Shown here: one piece after another, positions 1 to 9,760 of the stretch
Numbering within the stretch: the stretch's first letter is position 1
Layout: each line of letters opens with the position of its first letter
DNA from: Barthelona sp. PCE
Taxonomy: Eukaryota
Direction of reading: 5' to 3'
Assembly (NCBI GenBank): GCA_040285745.1
Contig: JAUFOR010000004.1
Coordinates: 248,001 to 312,000, forward strand
Length of the DNA: 64,000 bases
The notes under the pieces: generated by a model
Databases searched by the model: none
What the model was told of the DNA's origin: nothing
What the model saw: only the letters and a program-made list of their open reading frames with translations
Program-made: the position numbers and the translations under genes

Positions 1-531
1 ATAGGCTGGATGCGCGATAACCTCTGTTTATTTGATTCGGTTAAGGATATTGAGCCACTAATTAACTCAGTCGAGTCCAACTCTGGCGTTGTCTTCATCC
101 CAGCACTGAATGGATTGCTCGCCCCTTACTGGTGTCCAACAGCTCGTGCTGAATTCGTTGGATTATCACAATACACAAAGAAAGCCCACCTTATACGCGC
201 AGTCATTGAGAGTATTGCGTTCCAGGTGTACGACGTTGTTAAAATTATGGAAGAGGAGAGCGGAAAGGTTGTTCGAATTATGAAGGTTGATGGTGGTGTC
301 ACAAACAGTACATTTATGTGTCAATTTCAGGCTGATCTGCTTAAAATTCAGCTCCAAAAGGCTTCAATGAAGGAGAGAACTGCGTTGGGTGCAGCTATTA
401 TGGCTGGAAAGTTTGTTGACTGCGAGATTCAGGAAGTTACAGGAATGATGACTGTCGAACCTTCTGAAATGGATGTTGGTCCCAAGATTAAGACTTGGAA
501 GTCCGCCATTAACCGTGCAATCGGAAATTAG
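1..531 (+). CDS. GK: Glycerol kinase (FGGY family), 3' part; 5' end outside window
   Basis: Frame open from base 1 (IGWMRDNL); motifs GVVFIPALNGLLAPYW, HLIRAVIESIAFQ, KVDGG, CQFQADLL, ERTALGAA, WKSAINRA match glycerol kinase C-domain. Confidence 0.92.
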   Translation: MGWMRDNLCLFDSVKDIEPLINSVESNSGVVFIPALNGLLAPYWCPTARAEFVGLSQYTKKAHLIRAVIESIAFQVYDVVKIMEEESGKVVRIMKVDGGVTNSTFMCQFQADLLKIQLQKASMKERTALGAAIMAGKFVDCEIQEVTGMMTVEPSEMDVGPKIKTWKSAINRAIGN

Positions 532-562
532 AGTGTAAAGTAGTAGTATTTGTGATTTCAGA

Positions 563-1549
563 ATGGAAATTTGCTCAGGGCTGTTAACTCGTTTTTCACC
601 CTTTCATGCAATGAATACCAAAGCATCACCAGTTGCGGTGAACCTTCATAGGGCGTCGGATTTGCAGAAAAGCATTGCATCGAGACATAATCAGATAAAC
701 AGCGTTTTAGAGAGATTATTCATGAAACACAACTTGTCTAGGCAGGGCAAAACGATGTCTGATGACTCCCTCAATATTAAACCATCCTTTGAAATTGACG
801 CCACACCTGATTTTGAATTTGATTTTGAGGTAGGCGAACAACATGGGCAGTCGCCCTCCTTAGATCTGGAAAATCCTGTACAAGAGCCATCCAAGAGCCC
901 AGAGCCTGTATTTGAAGATATTCCAAATATTAATCAGTTGGAGTTTGAACATGCGTTAAATGATTTTAAAAACCTGTATTTGATGTTTAAAAATCGTGTC
1001 TTGGGCGAAATGAAGAACATGTCAGAGCGTATAGAAGTTGTAGAACAAGTCAAACCTGTAGAAATTACACAACCACAAGAAGAGAATAATGATTTAATTT
1101 TAGAGAAAATCTCTTTATTGACACAAAGAATGGATAGCGTATCAGAATATGTAACACGGGAAGAGTTTAATGAACTAACAGACCGTGTTGAAATCGTTGA
1201 AGATAAAATGGAATCACTAGCAGCACGTTTAGAGAAATTATCAATACTTCCATTAAAACAGAGTATTGTTCCCCGGTCAGTAACCATGAGGGATTCATTT
1301 TTCACACCCAGGGACCGAAAGTTAGCCTTGCGTCCGGTTCCAATATTGATAGAAGAAGAAGAACAGAAAGAAGAAGAAGAGGAAGAAGGTTATGTAAGCA
1401 AGCGCTTCGAAGAGCTAAGGAGTTCCTTCGTAGAGATGGACAAGGATATAGACTTGACGTCCCCCCCAGAAGTTGATTTGTTTGATCAGGTATGGAATAG
1501 TGTTTATGAAAAAGCACAAGAAGAAGAAGAAAATCTACCTGAGCATTAA
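563..1549 (+). CDS. Hypothetical acidic coiled-coil protein (328 aa)
   Basis: Long ORF between recognised genes; heptad-like segment (LTQRMDSV...LTDRVEIVEDKMESLAARLEKL) and poly-Glu tracts; no family recognised; start and 3' end uncertain. Confidence 0.65.
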   Translation: MEICSGLLTRFSPFHAMNTKASPVAVNLHRASDLQKSIASRHNQINSVLERLFMKHNLSRQGKTMSDDSLNIKPSFEIDATPDFEFDFEVGEQHGQSPSLDLENPVQEPSKSPEPVFEDIPNINQLEFEHALNDFKNLYLMFKNRVLGEMKNMSERIEVVEQVKPVEITQPQEENNDLILEKISLLTQRMDSVSEYVTREEFNELTDRVEIVEDKMESLAARLEKLSILPLKQSIVPRSVTMRDSFFTPRDRKLALRPVPILIEEEEQKEEEEEEGYVSKRFEELRSSFVEMDKDIDLTSPPEVDLFDQVWNSVYEKAQEEEENLPEH

Positions 1550-1797
1550 GCACGCGATCCCTCGAGGGAGCTCGCAGCTCCCGAACAAGTACCTAACTCC
1601 GAAGTAAATTTGCAACCTTCTACGATCAAAATGATGCAATAAAAGAGTTTTCATAAAAATTATTCAACATTGCAGAATCAAGGTTTCATTCAACTCAGGC
1701 AGAATACTGCCCATACAAATTCATTAACAGTAACTTCTGTATTTTAAAGATAGTTTGGAACTGTGTTTCTTCTTTCATCTCCTTTTCAATAATACGA

Positions 1798-3276
1798 ATG
1801 AAGCGAACCAAAAAAAAGAAGCAAATATCTCTCAGGACCAATCTCTCGGACACCCTTGAAGGGAATGTTAGTATCAGCACTCGTAAGCGAACTGTTGATA
1901 CTCGTTTTCACGTTTTACAGAATAGAAACCAACCGAAAAAGGCCTCAAATGGCCAGGAAGATATCTTTGGTCACTTTCAAACCACACAACATGACCAAAA
2001 ACCGAGTCAATCAATGCTGGTTTCCAACCACAGGAGAACTGACGTTATGACGAAGCCATTCAGGGAATTGTCGCACAGAGACATCACCAACCTCAAAGAA
2101 CGGTTCAAGATCATCTCTAATTGCACAGATGTTGGTGTTTTGCGTACTTGGTCAGATCTTGAGGTAGATAATCATATTATATCTGTTGTTAAGAGCCTGT
2201 TTCAGCACCCGTTCACTGTACAGCGACAGGCATTGCCTGTAATGCTAAACAAGAAGCACAATTTATTGTGTTATGCTCCTACAGGTCACGGCAAGTCCCT
2301 TTGCTTTCTGCTTCCTGCTTTGCAGCGATCAATGACGGGAAACGCACAGTTACACACCCTCATTGTGGTTCAGACACACGAACTGGCACAACAGTTGGTA
2401 CAGCACTACATTGATCTTTCTCCACGTAGAGCACCAGAGATAGCTTGTGTTATTGGAGGTGTTCAGAGAGAGGTGCAGGCCCGTGCCTTGGACAGTGCAC
2501 GTATCGTTGTGGGAACCCCAGGACGGCTTGTTGATTTCGTGCAAAATTTTTTGCTGGATCTCACACCTGTCTCTTGCTTTATAGTTGATGAGGCCGATAA
2601 GACGATAAGCGCGAATGAGGAGGACCTCACTTTTTTGATTGAAAAGCTGCAGAAGAACATTAAAATGGGATTCTTCTCAGCGACTTCAAACAGGGAAGAA
2701 TATGACCGAATTACTTCGATTTGTGAAAGTTATGATAGGCCACTGGCGATTGTTAGGGATGGAGATTTCGGTGTAGTGAGCACTGTAACTCAGGAAATTG
2801 TGATATCAAAAGATGCAAGTGAGAAGGAGATGCAGTTCATATCATTGGTGCAACGAATTGATCCTCCGTTTGTTGTTTTTTGCCGTACGCGCCGTATAAC
2901 CGAACGAATTGAGCTACTGTTGGAGCAAGTCAAGTCTCCATTAAAGTATAGCGTAATCCATGGTGGTCTATCGCAACTGCAGCGTGAAGGTGTTGTCGAG
3001 CGCTTTAAAATGGGAGCATATGACGGTCTCATAACTACTAATTTATTATCAAGAGGTATTGATATTCGTGGAATCATGACCGTTGTCAACTTCAACATGC
3101 CAGAGGACATTGAGACGTATATACATCGACTGGGCAGAACAGGCCGAGCAGGTGAACAAGGTGCATCAGTGTCGTTCGTCAGCAAAGATGATAAGACCAT
3201 TATACCAGAGTTGATGACCGAGCTAAAGAAGAGACGCCAGTTCTCGGTGGTATCCCGACTGCGCTCTCTATTGTGA
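1798..3276 (+). CDS. PRP28: DEAD-box RNA helicase, Prp28/DDX23-like (divergent)
   Basis: Q motif QRQALP, APTGHGKS, TPGRLVD, DEAD, SAT, RGID, HRLGRTGRAG; pre-core KPFRELSHRDITNLKERFKI...LRTW and DPPFVVF/HGGLSQLQRE resemble Prp28-specific segments. Helicase certain, orthology moderate. Confidence 0.7.
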   Translation: MKRTKKKKQISLRTNLSDTLEGNVSISTRKRTVDTRFHVLQNRNQPKKASNGQEDIFGHFQTTQHDQKPSQSMLVSNHRRTDVMTKPFRELSHRDITNLKERFKIISNCTDVGVLRTWSDLEVDNHIISVVKSLFQHPFTVQRQALPVMLNKKHNLLCYAPTGHGKSLCFLLPALQRSMTGNAQLHTLIVVQTHELAQQLVQHYIDLSPRRAPEIACVIGGVQREVQARALDSARIVVGTPGRLVDFVQNFLLDLTPVSCFIVDEADKTISANEEDLTFLIEKLQKNIKMGFFSATSNREEYDRITSICESYDRPLAIVRDGDFGVVSTVTQEIVISKDASEKEMQFISLVQRIDPPFVVFCRTRRITERIELLLEQVKSPLKYSVIHGGLSQLQREGVVERFKMGAYDGLITTNLLSRGIDIRGIMTVVNFNMPEDIETYIHRLGRTGRAGEQGASVSFVSKDDKTIIPELMTELKKRRQFSVVSRLRSLL

Positions 3277-3278
3277 GA

Positions 3279-5246
3279 TTAGTGCATGTTCTGCGTCTTT
3301 GTCTTCTCCAAAAATTGAGAAAGTGAAGTTTTCATCTCGGCTCCTTCATTGAATGAAACGGTTGACCCAATCGACTTGCGAAGAACACGCATTGTGCGGT
3401 GGTACTGTTTTCGAGATACCCTCATATGAATGTAGCCCTCGAAAGCTCCGATCATTTCAAGACAGTCAGTCAGTTCTTCAGGTGGACTTTGGAAATTCCC
3501 AGAATCACGAAATCCAACCAAGAAAGGCTGCATGACCCCCCACAGCGTATCGTGTCTTGTTTGGGGTGTTATCCCTGTCTTGCCTGTAACAGAGGCATGG
3601 GTCATGAATGGCGCTGCTTTTCCCTTTGGTTTGTTCTTCAAAATGCGTTGCGTGTTGGCCTCTTCTTCCGCTTTGATCTCGTCAAGGATCTTCTGTTCTT
3701 GCGCTGAGAGCGTGGTCTCGCTGTATTCACCCTTATTAATACGTGCACGCACCTGTTCATCAGTTTCTTCCTTTCCGTAATCGCACATCTCATACAACTC
3801 ATCTTTACCATGATCGACTGCTTGGATTTTCATCTTTCGCGCAGTGTTCGCGTAGCTGCTCTTGTTCTTCCTGGGCTTCTTCTGGAACGCCTCATATGCC
3901 TTGTGTAAATCTTCTTCAAACTGTCCAGTATCACAACAGTATGAGCATTTTGGCGAATTTCGTTTTCGACAACTATTCTTCGCTGCAGTCGTCATTGAAA
4001 ATTCGCCAGTATAGTGATTAAGTATCTTTGCACGTAGACATCCAGGTTCAATACAATATTCAAACATTTTCTGTAATACATCTTGTCTGTGCTCAAAGTA
4101 CTTATTAACAGAATCTGAGGAAGATGTTTTTTTTGATAATTGATTTTGGTGATTCATCTGTAACAAATATTTGTAGCTGTTGATGATTCTAAATTCGAAA
4201 TATACCAAACTCTCACATATCTCATTCAAGTCTCGTCTACCTGCACGTCCACTCTCTTGATAAAGGTTATCAAGAGTTTTGGGCAGGTCGTAGTGGACAA
4301 CATATGAAATAGGTAAATCAACACCCATACCGAAAGCGACTGTCGCTACAACAACATCAACCTGATCTTTTTCGAATTTTTCAAAAACAAGCTCCTTTTC
4401 AGATTTTTTCATACGCCCGTGGAACGTCGCAGCACGCACACCGTTCTGCCTTAATAACCCATTGACATTGTTACATGTCTCAATCATGTGGCAATAGATG
4501 ATACCCCGCTTGTGCTTACGCGCTTTGTCCTCAACGTACATGTTGAGATGGTCGAACTTTGACGCCAAACGATCAGCAAAGACAACGTTATAAGATAGAT
4601 TGGCCTTGTTAAAATCGGAAACAAATACCTTTGGATTCTTCAAACGTAGAACATCACTTATATCTTGTCTGATTGCACGAGGTGCAGTTGCTGTCAGCGC
4701 AACGATGGGTAGCGTGGGGAAATCTGTTCTAAGCCTTCCTAGTTTACGATACGACGGTCGAAAATCATGGCCCCATTCTGACAAACAGTGCGCTTCATCA
4801 ACAGCAATGAACGCAAGCTTCCTGTTGGTGTACAGGCGCTCCAACACCGCTTTCAAACTCTTATTATAATCAAGCGCCTCGGGAGTGACATAAAGAAGAC
4901 GTGATGAGAATATGGTGTTTCCGTTCGCGTGGCCACTCATGGTGTCCAGAAGTGACGCCTTCTGAGCAACTGTGAGGTCTGAATTGAAGAGTGTTGCTTC
5001 AATTCCGAATCTTTTTCTGAGCAGGGTTACCTGATCGAACATAAGCGCCTTTAATGGAGATACAATAATCGCTATGCGGTCCATATGTAGAGCGCTAAAC
5101 TGGTACAACAATGACTTTCCAAAACCCGTGCTTTGAACAACAAGAACATCGTGCCCTCCCAATATGTCCATTATAATAGGAAGTTGACCTTCCCTGAAGG
5201 AGGGAAAGTTAAAGTGTCGCATGAGACTAGCATTTAAATCTTCCAT
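3279..5246 (-). CDS. RECQ: RecQ-family DNA helicase
   Basis: FPSFREGQ, STGFGKSLLYQ, SPLKALMFDQ, YVTPE, VDEAHCLSEWGHDFRPSY, ALTATA, ATVAFGMGVD, QESGRAGR, Zn-binding C..C..CSYC; likely start MEDLN at 5246 (in-frame ATG also at 5297). Confidence 0.95.
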   Translation of the reverse strand: MEDLNASLMRHFNFPSFREGQLPIIMDILGGHDVLVVQSTGFGKSLLYQFSALHMDRIAIIVSPLKALMFDQVTLLRKRFGIEATLFNSDLTVAQKASLLDTMSGHANGNTIFSSRLLYVTPEALDYNKSLKAVLERLYTNRKLAFIAVDEAHCLSEWGHDFRPSYRKLGRLRTDFPTLPIVALTATAPRAIRQDISDVLRLKNPKVFVSDFNKANLSYNVVFADRLASKFDHLNMYVEDKARKHKRGIIYCHMIETCNNVNGLLRQNGVRAATFHGRMKKSEKELVFEKFEKDQVDVVVATVAFGMGVDLPISYVVHYDLPKTLDNLYQESGRAGRRDLNEICESLVYFEFRIINSYKYLLQMNHQNQLSKKTSSSDSVNKYFEHRQDVLQKMFEYCIEPGCLRAKILNHYTGEFSMTTAAKNSCRKRNSPKCSYCCDTGQFEEDLHKAYEAFQKKPRKNKSSYANTARKMKIQAVDHGKDELYEMCDYGKEETDEQVRARINKGEYSETTLSAQEQKILDEIKAEEEANTQRILKNKPKGKAAPFMTHASVTGKTGITPQTRHDTLWGVMQPFLVGFRDSGNFQSPPEELTDCLEMIGAFEGYIHMRVSRKQYHRTMRVLRKSIGSTVSFNEGAEMKTSLSQFLEKTKTQNMH

Positions 5247-5300
5247 AATTAAAAGAATGTAGAGGGGAAGAAGGTTGCTTTTTCTTTTGCAAGTCATTTC

Positions 5301-6872
5301 ATGCCATTTCCAGCATACACAGTCAGAAAGACCGATTCAGGCAACGTTGTTTACGGTAGTTTATCATTTTCTAGTTTTTTTGTGGGTGGTTCGACAAAGC
5401 ATGCTTTAGTTCCTACTGTTGAGTTTTTTCGCGTTGGTAACGAAGAGTTTGTCACGGCCGTAGCCAAGCCATTCTGCTTGGTTACGCGAAATATTAACGC
5501 GGGCAGGAATGTTTATCATTTGCGATTTTACGAGTTTGGAGCAAACTGCCCCACTTTATCACAGCAACTGAGTGTCGAATGTGAGGCATTTGATTGTGTG
5601 ACGGTGGTAGATGGATGCGTTTTGGGATATTCGAGTGTTAGAAACACACTGGTGCACATGAAGTCAGAAACACCAGTTGAAACTAGCATGGGATCACTTA
5701 AGGTGATTACAATGGTGGGACCAAGGCTTTTATGTATGGAAAATGACGTATTGGTATCATGTCATCTTGTTGACGATGAGATCATTCAAGATTTTACAGT
5801 TGATGGATGTGCTGAAGTCACAGAGGTATGTCCCGGTATCATCACATACGAATTGGGAGCTGATGTGATCGTTCGCACTGTCGACGGTCGTCACTGTACT
5901 CAGAAAAGTCATGAACAATGGTGGACGTTGGCCTTAATGTGTCTCAATGATGCGTTTCAGCCTTTTTTCGGCGAGGGAGATGTCATCATTTCTACCCTCG
6001 ACGGCATCCTCACGATGCAAGAAAGGAAACCAGTGCGTAGTAGGTTCAAACATTTTAATGTTTTTACGCTTTCAGACGGTATTTTTCCCTATGTAGACCT
6101 AGATAACAATGAGTTGGTCTTTGGGGACGCACGGTTTGAGGTATCGTTTTCTTTCAATCGTTGTGAGCTGGTCGATGGCGCATTCATTGCATTTTGTCCC
6201 GATTCGGTTGTAGTTTACGAGCGTAGCGGTGACATGCGCGTGTTGGGGGATGATGCCACGGTCTCCATATCATCGTGCTTCACCCATGTATCTGTTCTGT
6301 CGATAAATGGTGATCTTCGAGTATACTCCGACGACGATCGTATCCCCATTCCAGTTTTCTTCTCTAAAGGAGTGTCAGAGGGTCCGTATTTCGTCATAGA
6401 CAGAGAGGATGGACTGGTTACCACAAAAGGTCAAATGCGTAATATTCAAACGAATGCAAAGCATCATACCGTCGTGGGAGATCTTTTGTATTTATTCTCG
6501 CCTTCGTTGATTCAGTGCATTAGCCCAGGGAACATGACGTTCAATTATGAAGAATATACGTTGGATATGACGATTGATCCAACCACGATTCAGGCTTTTT
6601 ATCATCTGTGGAGTAAGTTATTTGTGATCCAGTGCGAATCTGAGATCCACCTCATCGACCTGCTTTCAAAGGAGATTGTAGTGATCGATTTGAGCTGTGA
6701 GTACACACTCTACAAGGTGATGAACCGTGATTCTGAGGTGAACCAACTTGAATTGATTGTACTGAACATGAATGATATGCTTTTCTATGATTTTACTGTG
6801 AAATTTGGAGAAAATAGTTATACATATGAAGAACACAAACCTGTATATGATTTTTTTAAGAAAACATTTTAG
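5301..6872 (+). CDS. Hypothetical protein (523 aa), beta-strand-rich, possibly propeller-like
   Basis: Long uninterrupted ORF; alternating hydrophobic beta-strand pattern; no diagnostic motif. Confidence 0.7.
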   Translation: MPFPAYTVRKTDSGNVVYGSLSFSSFFVGGSTKHALVPTVEFFRVGNEEFVTAVAKPFCLVTRNINAGRNVYHLRFYEFGANCPTLSQQLSVECEAFDCVTVVDGCVLGYSSVRNTLVHMKSETPVETSMGSLKVITMVGPRLLCMENDVLVSCHLVDDEIIQDFTVDGCAEVTEVCPGIITYELGADVIVRTVDGRHCTQKSHEQWWTLALMCLNDAFQPFFGEGDVIISTLDGILTMQERKPVRSRFKHFNVFTLSDGIFPYVDLDNNELVFGDARFEVSFSFNRCELVDGAFIAFCPDSVVVYERSGDMRVLGDDATVSISSCFTHVSVLSINGDLRVYSDDDRIPIPVFFSKGVSEGPYFVIDREDGLVTTKGQMRNIQTNAKHHTVVGDLLYLFSPSLIQCISPGNMTFNYEEYTLDMTIDPTTIQAFYHLWSKLFVIQCESEIHLIDLLSKEIVVIDLSCEYTLYKVMNRDSEVNQLELIVLNMNDMLFYDFTVKFGENSYTYEEHKPVYDFFKKTF

Positions 6873-7567
6873 TTACGCTTGTTTCTTTTCTTCTTCTTGT
6901 TTTTAAGTCCGAGAATCGACCACAGGCGGCCAGATTTGCTAGTAGTAGCTGGTTCATATTCGATATCATGAGAATCCAAAAACTCCTTGATTGCCATACT
7001 TTCCTCGCTTGCATCTTCCGCTGAGAACTCAACCTCTAGCTCATATCGGCGCTCTCCATTGGGAAAAACACTCTCATCAAGCTCAAACACAAGGTGCGGA
7101 AAATGGGGAATTTTAAAACATTTCCTTGTGTTTTCAAAGTCTGCCAACTGAACAAACTCCGCGAAGGGTACGTGCTCCGCAAGTGTTTTAATCTTTTCAA
7201 TTGGTGGTATATCAAGGGTTTCGAAATTGGCTGGATTCTCAATCATCATTTTAGCTAAACTAGGGTCGATATGGGTCTCTATTTCCTCAACTGAATGTAC
7301 ATCCTGGTGCCATTTACCTTTGCTTTTTACGCAAACTATTGCATCAGTGTAAAGGTATTCTTCTTCTTTTTCTCCAAAAATTTCATCAGGATGAAGGTCT
7401 TGGACCATTCTCAATCTGAGACGTGACTTTGAAGCCCTTAAAAATTGTGTTTCATTATCAAAAAATAAGTTGTGATAAAATGAATTTGAAGTCTGAAACT
7501 CCCTGAACAAAGTTCTAAACTTGTAGTGGCTGTCGTATGAAAGGATTAATTTAAGCTCAACTTCCAT
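6869..7567 (-). CDS. CYTH-domain triphosphate tunnel metalloenzyme (TTM3-like)
   Basis: N-terminal EVELK (ExExK), NLFFD, RLRLR, VEEIE, FENTR, ELDES, YELEVE and terminal SK. Confidence 0.9.
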   Translation of the reverse strand: MEVELKLILSYDSHYKFRTLFREFQTSNSFYHNLFFDNETQFLRASKSRLRLRMVQDLHPDEIFGEKEEEYLYTDAIVCVKSKGKWHQDVHSVEEIETHIDPSLAKMMIENPANFETLDIPPIEKIKTLAEHVPFAEFVQLADFENTRKCFKIPHFPHLVFELDESVFPNGERRYELEVEFSAEDASEESMAIKEFLDSHDIEYEPATTSKSGRLWSILGLKNKKKKRNKRN

Positions 7568-7710
7568 TTGTAAAGGTATTAAAAAGCAAAACGTTAGAAA
7601 ATGTTTGTGTTTAAGCTTATTTATGACAGATCTGGCACAAAGTGATACCTAACACCCTTTTTTAGGTAAAATAATTATAGTACGAGCGTTTTCCAATATT
7701 TCACCATTTC

Positions 7711-9252
7711 ATGGAACAGTCTTGGAGTGCGCACTGTCCAGTGTCGATCAAAACGTTCGACTCTGTACCGGAAACGGTTGCGCCGAGCGTTTTTCCAACA
7801 TATTTAACAGATAAAATGGATTTGCATATGTCTATTGAGGTAGCACCTATGAAAGATCATTGGCGAGTCGAGGTCACACATCGCAACCGCTTTGACTTAT
7901 ACTTTTACCGTAACATTGATGCTACCATATTTGAGAATGACATTCGCAAGCCTAATGGTTTGCAAAGGGATTATAGTGGCTTTTTGGACGTTCTCAAGAA
8001 CTATTTGCAGCTGGTTGTTAACGATAATGAGCGTTTTAAGATATTATTGTTATGTGACAAGGCTATTGTCCATGAACCCACTGTTGTTAAGTTTTTATTG
8101 CTTGAAAACGATGGATTCAGCATTACATGCAAGTTTTCGTTTGATCTATTGCAGTCAAACTATAAAGAACATTTTTCCTATCATCTTCAGTTATTGGAAG
8201 CCTACGATTCTCTGACTGACAAACAGCGGCGTATTATATCGAACAACGAGCAGACCATAAAGAGCATGTCTGATGAACTGAGCGAGTTTAATGTGCGGTA
8301 TTCGGAGCAGGATACGATAAATACAAAGAGCATGAAAGATTTCGAAGCGGTTTGCACCAAGAAACTCAATGAGCAATTTGAGGCTTTAGACGCTGTTGTG
8401 TCTCAGAAGCAGGACCTTGAGAGGCAGGTTGACCAGCTAAAAGGGGAGCTTAGTGAGTTTATTAGGCGGAATAGTGTATTTGCAAAGGAGAAAAAAGATT
8501 TGTTGGTGAAGGTTGATGATTGTAATCGATTGAATGAGGAAGAGAAAACAAAGAATAAGGGCCTACGGGACAGGATAACGGAGTTGGAGAATGTCGTGAC
8601 CCAGAGCAAAAAAGAGTACGATGGTATTTTCCTTGATAAGACTACCCTTGAAGCTCAGCTAAATGAGAAGAAATTAATTATAGGGGAGTTACAGTTCCAA
8701 CGTGAGCACTCAGAGACACACGCGAATGATTTGAAAGTCAGTTTGAGAAGTCGTGAGGATTCGGAGATTTCTCTCAGGCAACAGATTGAAAAGCTCACTC
8801 AGCAGCTTGCTGAGGTCCAAAGTGAGGCCAAACAGATGAAGAGCACAACAAGGAAGCTGCAACGGAAGGAGAAGGCAATGGACGAAGCCCTCCGGTTGAA
8901 GCGTTCAGTGCAGGAGAAGCAAGAGGCGATTATAAATCAGTTAAAGGCTGAGTGTGGCGCACTGGGCACCACAAACGAAGAGCTGCGCGTAGTGATCGAG
9001 GGACAGGAGGCCGCATCACTGCAGAAGGATATGAAATTGAGTGAAAAAGATGCTTTGTTGGAACACTACGCTGAGCGCATTAATATTATCACGAAAGATC
9101 AGATATCGGCTACTCCACAGCGGGGGCTTCCGAACCCTTCACCTCCTTCACCTTCCAACGCATTTACTATGACTGGTGGGATCGATCTTCCAAGTTTATC
9201 AATGTATGAAGCATCCGTGAAAGGGGAAAAACCATCATTGTCTTATTTTTGA
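7711..9252 (+). CDS. SAS6: SAS-6 centriole/basal body cartwheel protein
   Basis: Head RVEVTHRNRFDLYFYRNIDATIFENDIRKPNGLQRDYSGFLDVLKNYL...FLLLENDGFS follows the SAS-6 PISA pattern; long coiled coil; Pro/Ser tail. Confidence 0.75.
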   Translation: MEQSWSAHCPVSIKTFDSVPETVAPSVFPTYLTDKMDLHMSIEVAPMKDHWRVEVTHRNRFDLYFYRNIDATIFENDIRKPNGLQRDYSGFLDVLKNYLQLVVNDNERFKILLLCDKAIVHEPTVVKFLLLENDGFSITCKFSFDLLQSNYKEHFSYHLQLLEAYDSLTDKQRRIISNNEQTIKSMSDELSEFNVRYSEQDTINTKSMKDFEAVCTKKLNEQFEALDAVVSQKQDLERQVDQLKGELSEFIRRNSVFAKEKKDLLVKVDDCNRLNEEEKTKNKGLRDRITELENVVTQSKKEYDGIFLDKTTLEAQLNEKKLIIGELQFQREHSETHANDLKVSLRSREDSEISLRQQIEKLTQQLAEVQSEAKQMKSTTRKLQRKEKAMDEALRLKRSVQEKQEAIINQLKAECGALGTTNEELRVVIEGQEAASLQKDMKLSEKDALLEHYAERINIITKDQISATPQRGLPNPSPPSPSNAFTMTGGIDLPSLSMYEASVKGEKPSLSYF

Positions 9253-9760
9253 TACTACAAAATGTGTAAAAACAAAAAAATTGTTCCTTTTTTACATCAG
9301 TAAGATGTTGCTTGTTTATGGCACATAACCTACCGTTAGACAGTGAATAAATGAGATTGTAGCTAAATTGTTAAGATACTAGTTGATAACAAACTTTCGT
9401 TTTAACTGCTAGTATTCAACTATTGGATCGGGGCAGTGGAATTGTATAGATGGTGAATACCCATTTTGAGATATCCACTACTTCAATGAAGGCTTGTAAC
9501 TAATAATTAAGGGCCTTTTTAGTTTACAAGGAAAATAGACTTTTCTCCACTGTTTCGCATCAAAATTGATGTAAAACTGTGCACTAGAGGTGAGAAATAC
9601 AAAATTCAAATGCAATAAAGGAGACCAACATTCTCTCGACAACAAAGCGTTTTTCTAGTGTTGCGCAGCTGTATTCAACTGCATTGTGAAATATGGCACC
9701 CCATGGCATGCAACAGATACAGTTATAACCTATATTACATAATCTTACCTTTTTGCTACT

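Noticed and set aside
1490-1550. Possible intron GTATGG...CATTAAG near the end of the orphan gene
   Set aside because: Lacks the CTAAC branch point, and the segment reads as in-frame acidic protein like the rest of the ORF
9430-9725. Hairpins upstream of Hsp90 (AGTGGA/TCCACT; GTTGC/GCAAC) as snoRNA or heat-shock element
   Set aside because: No properly placed H/ACA or C/D boxes and no clear nGAAn triplet array
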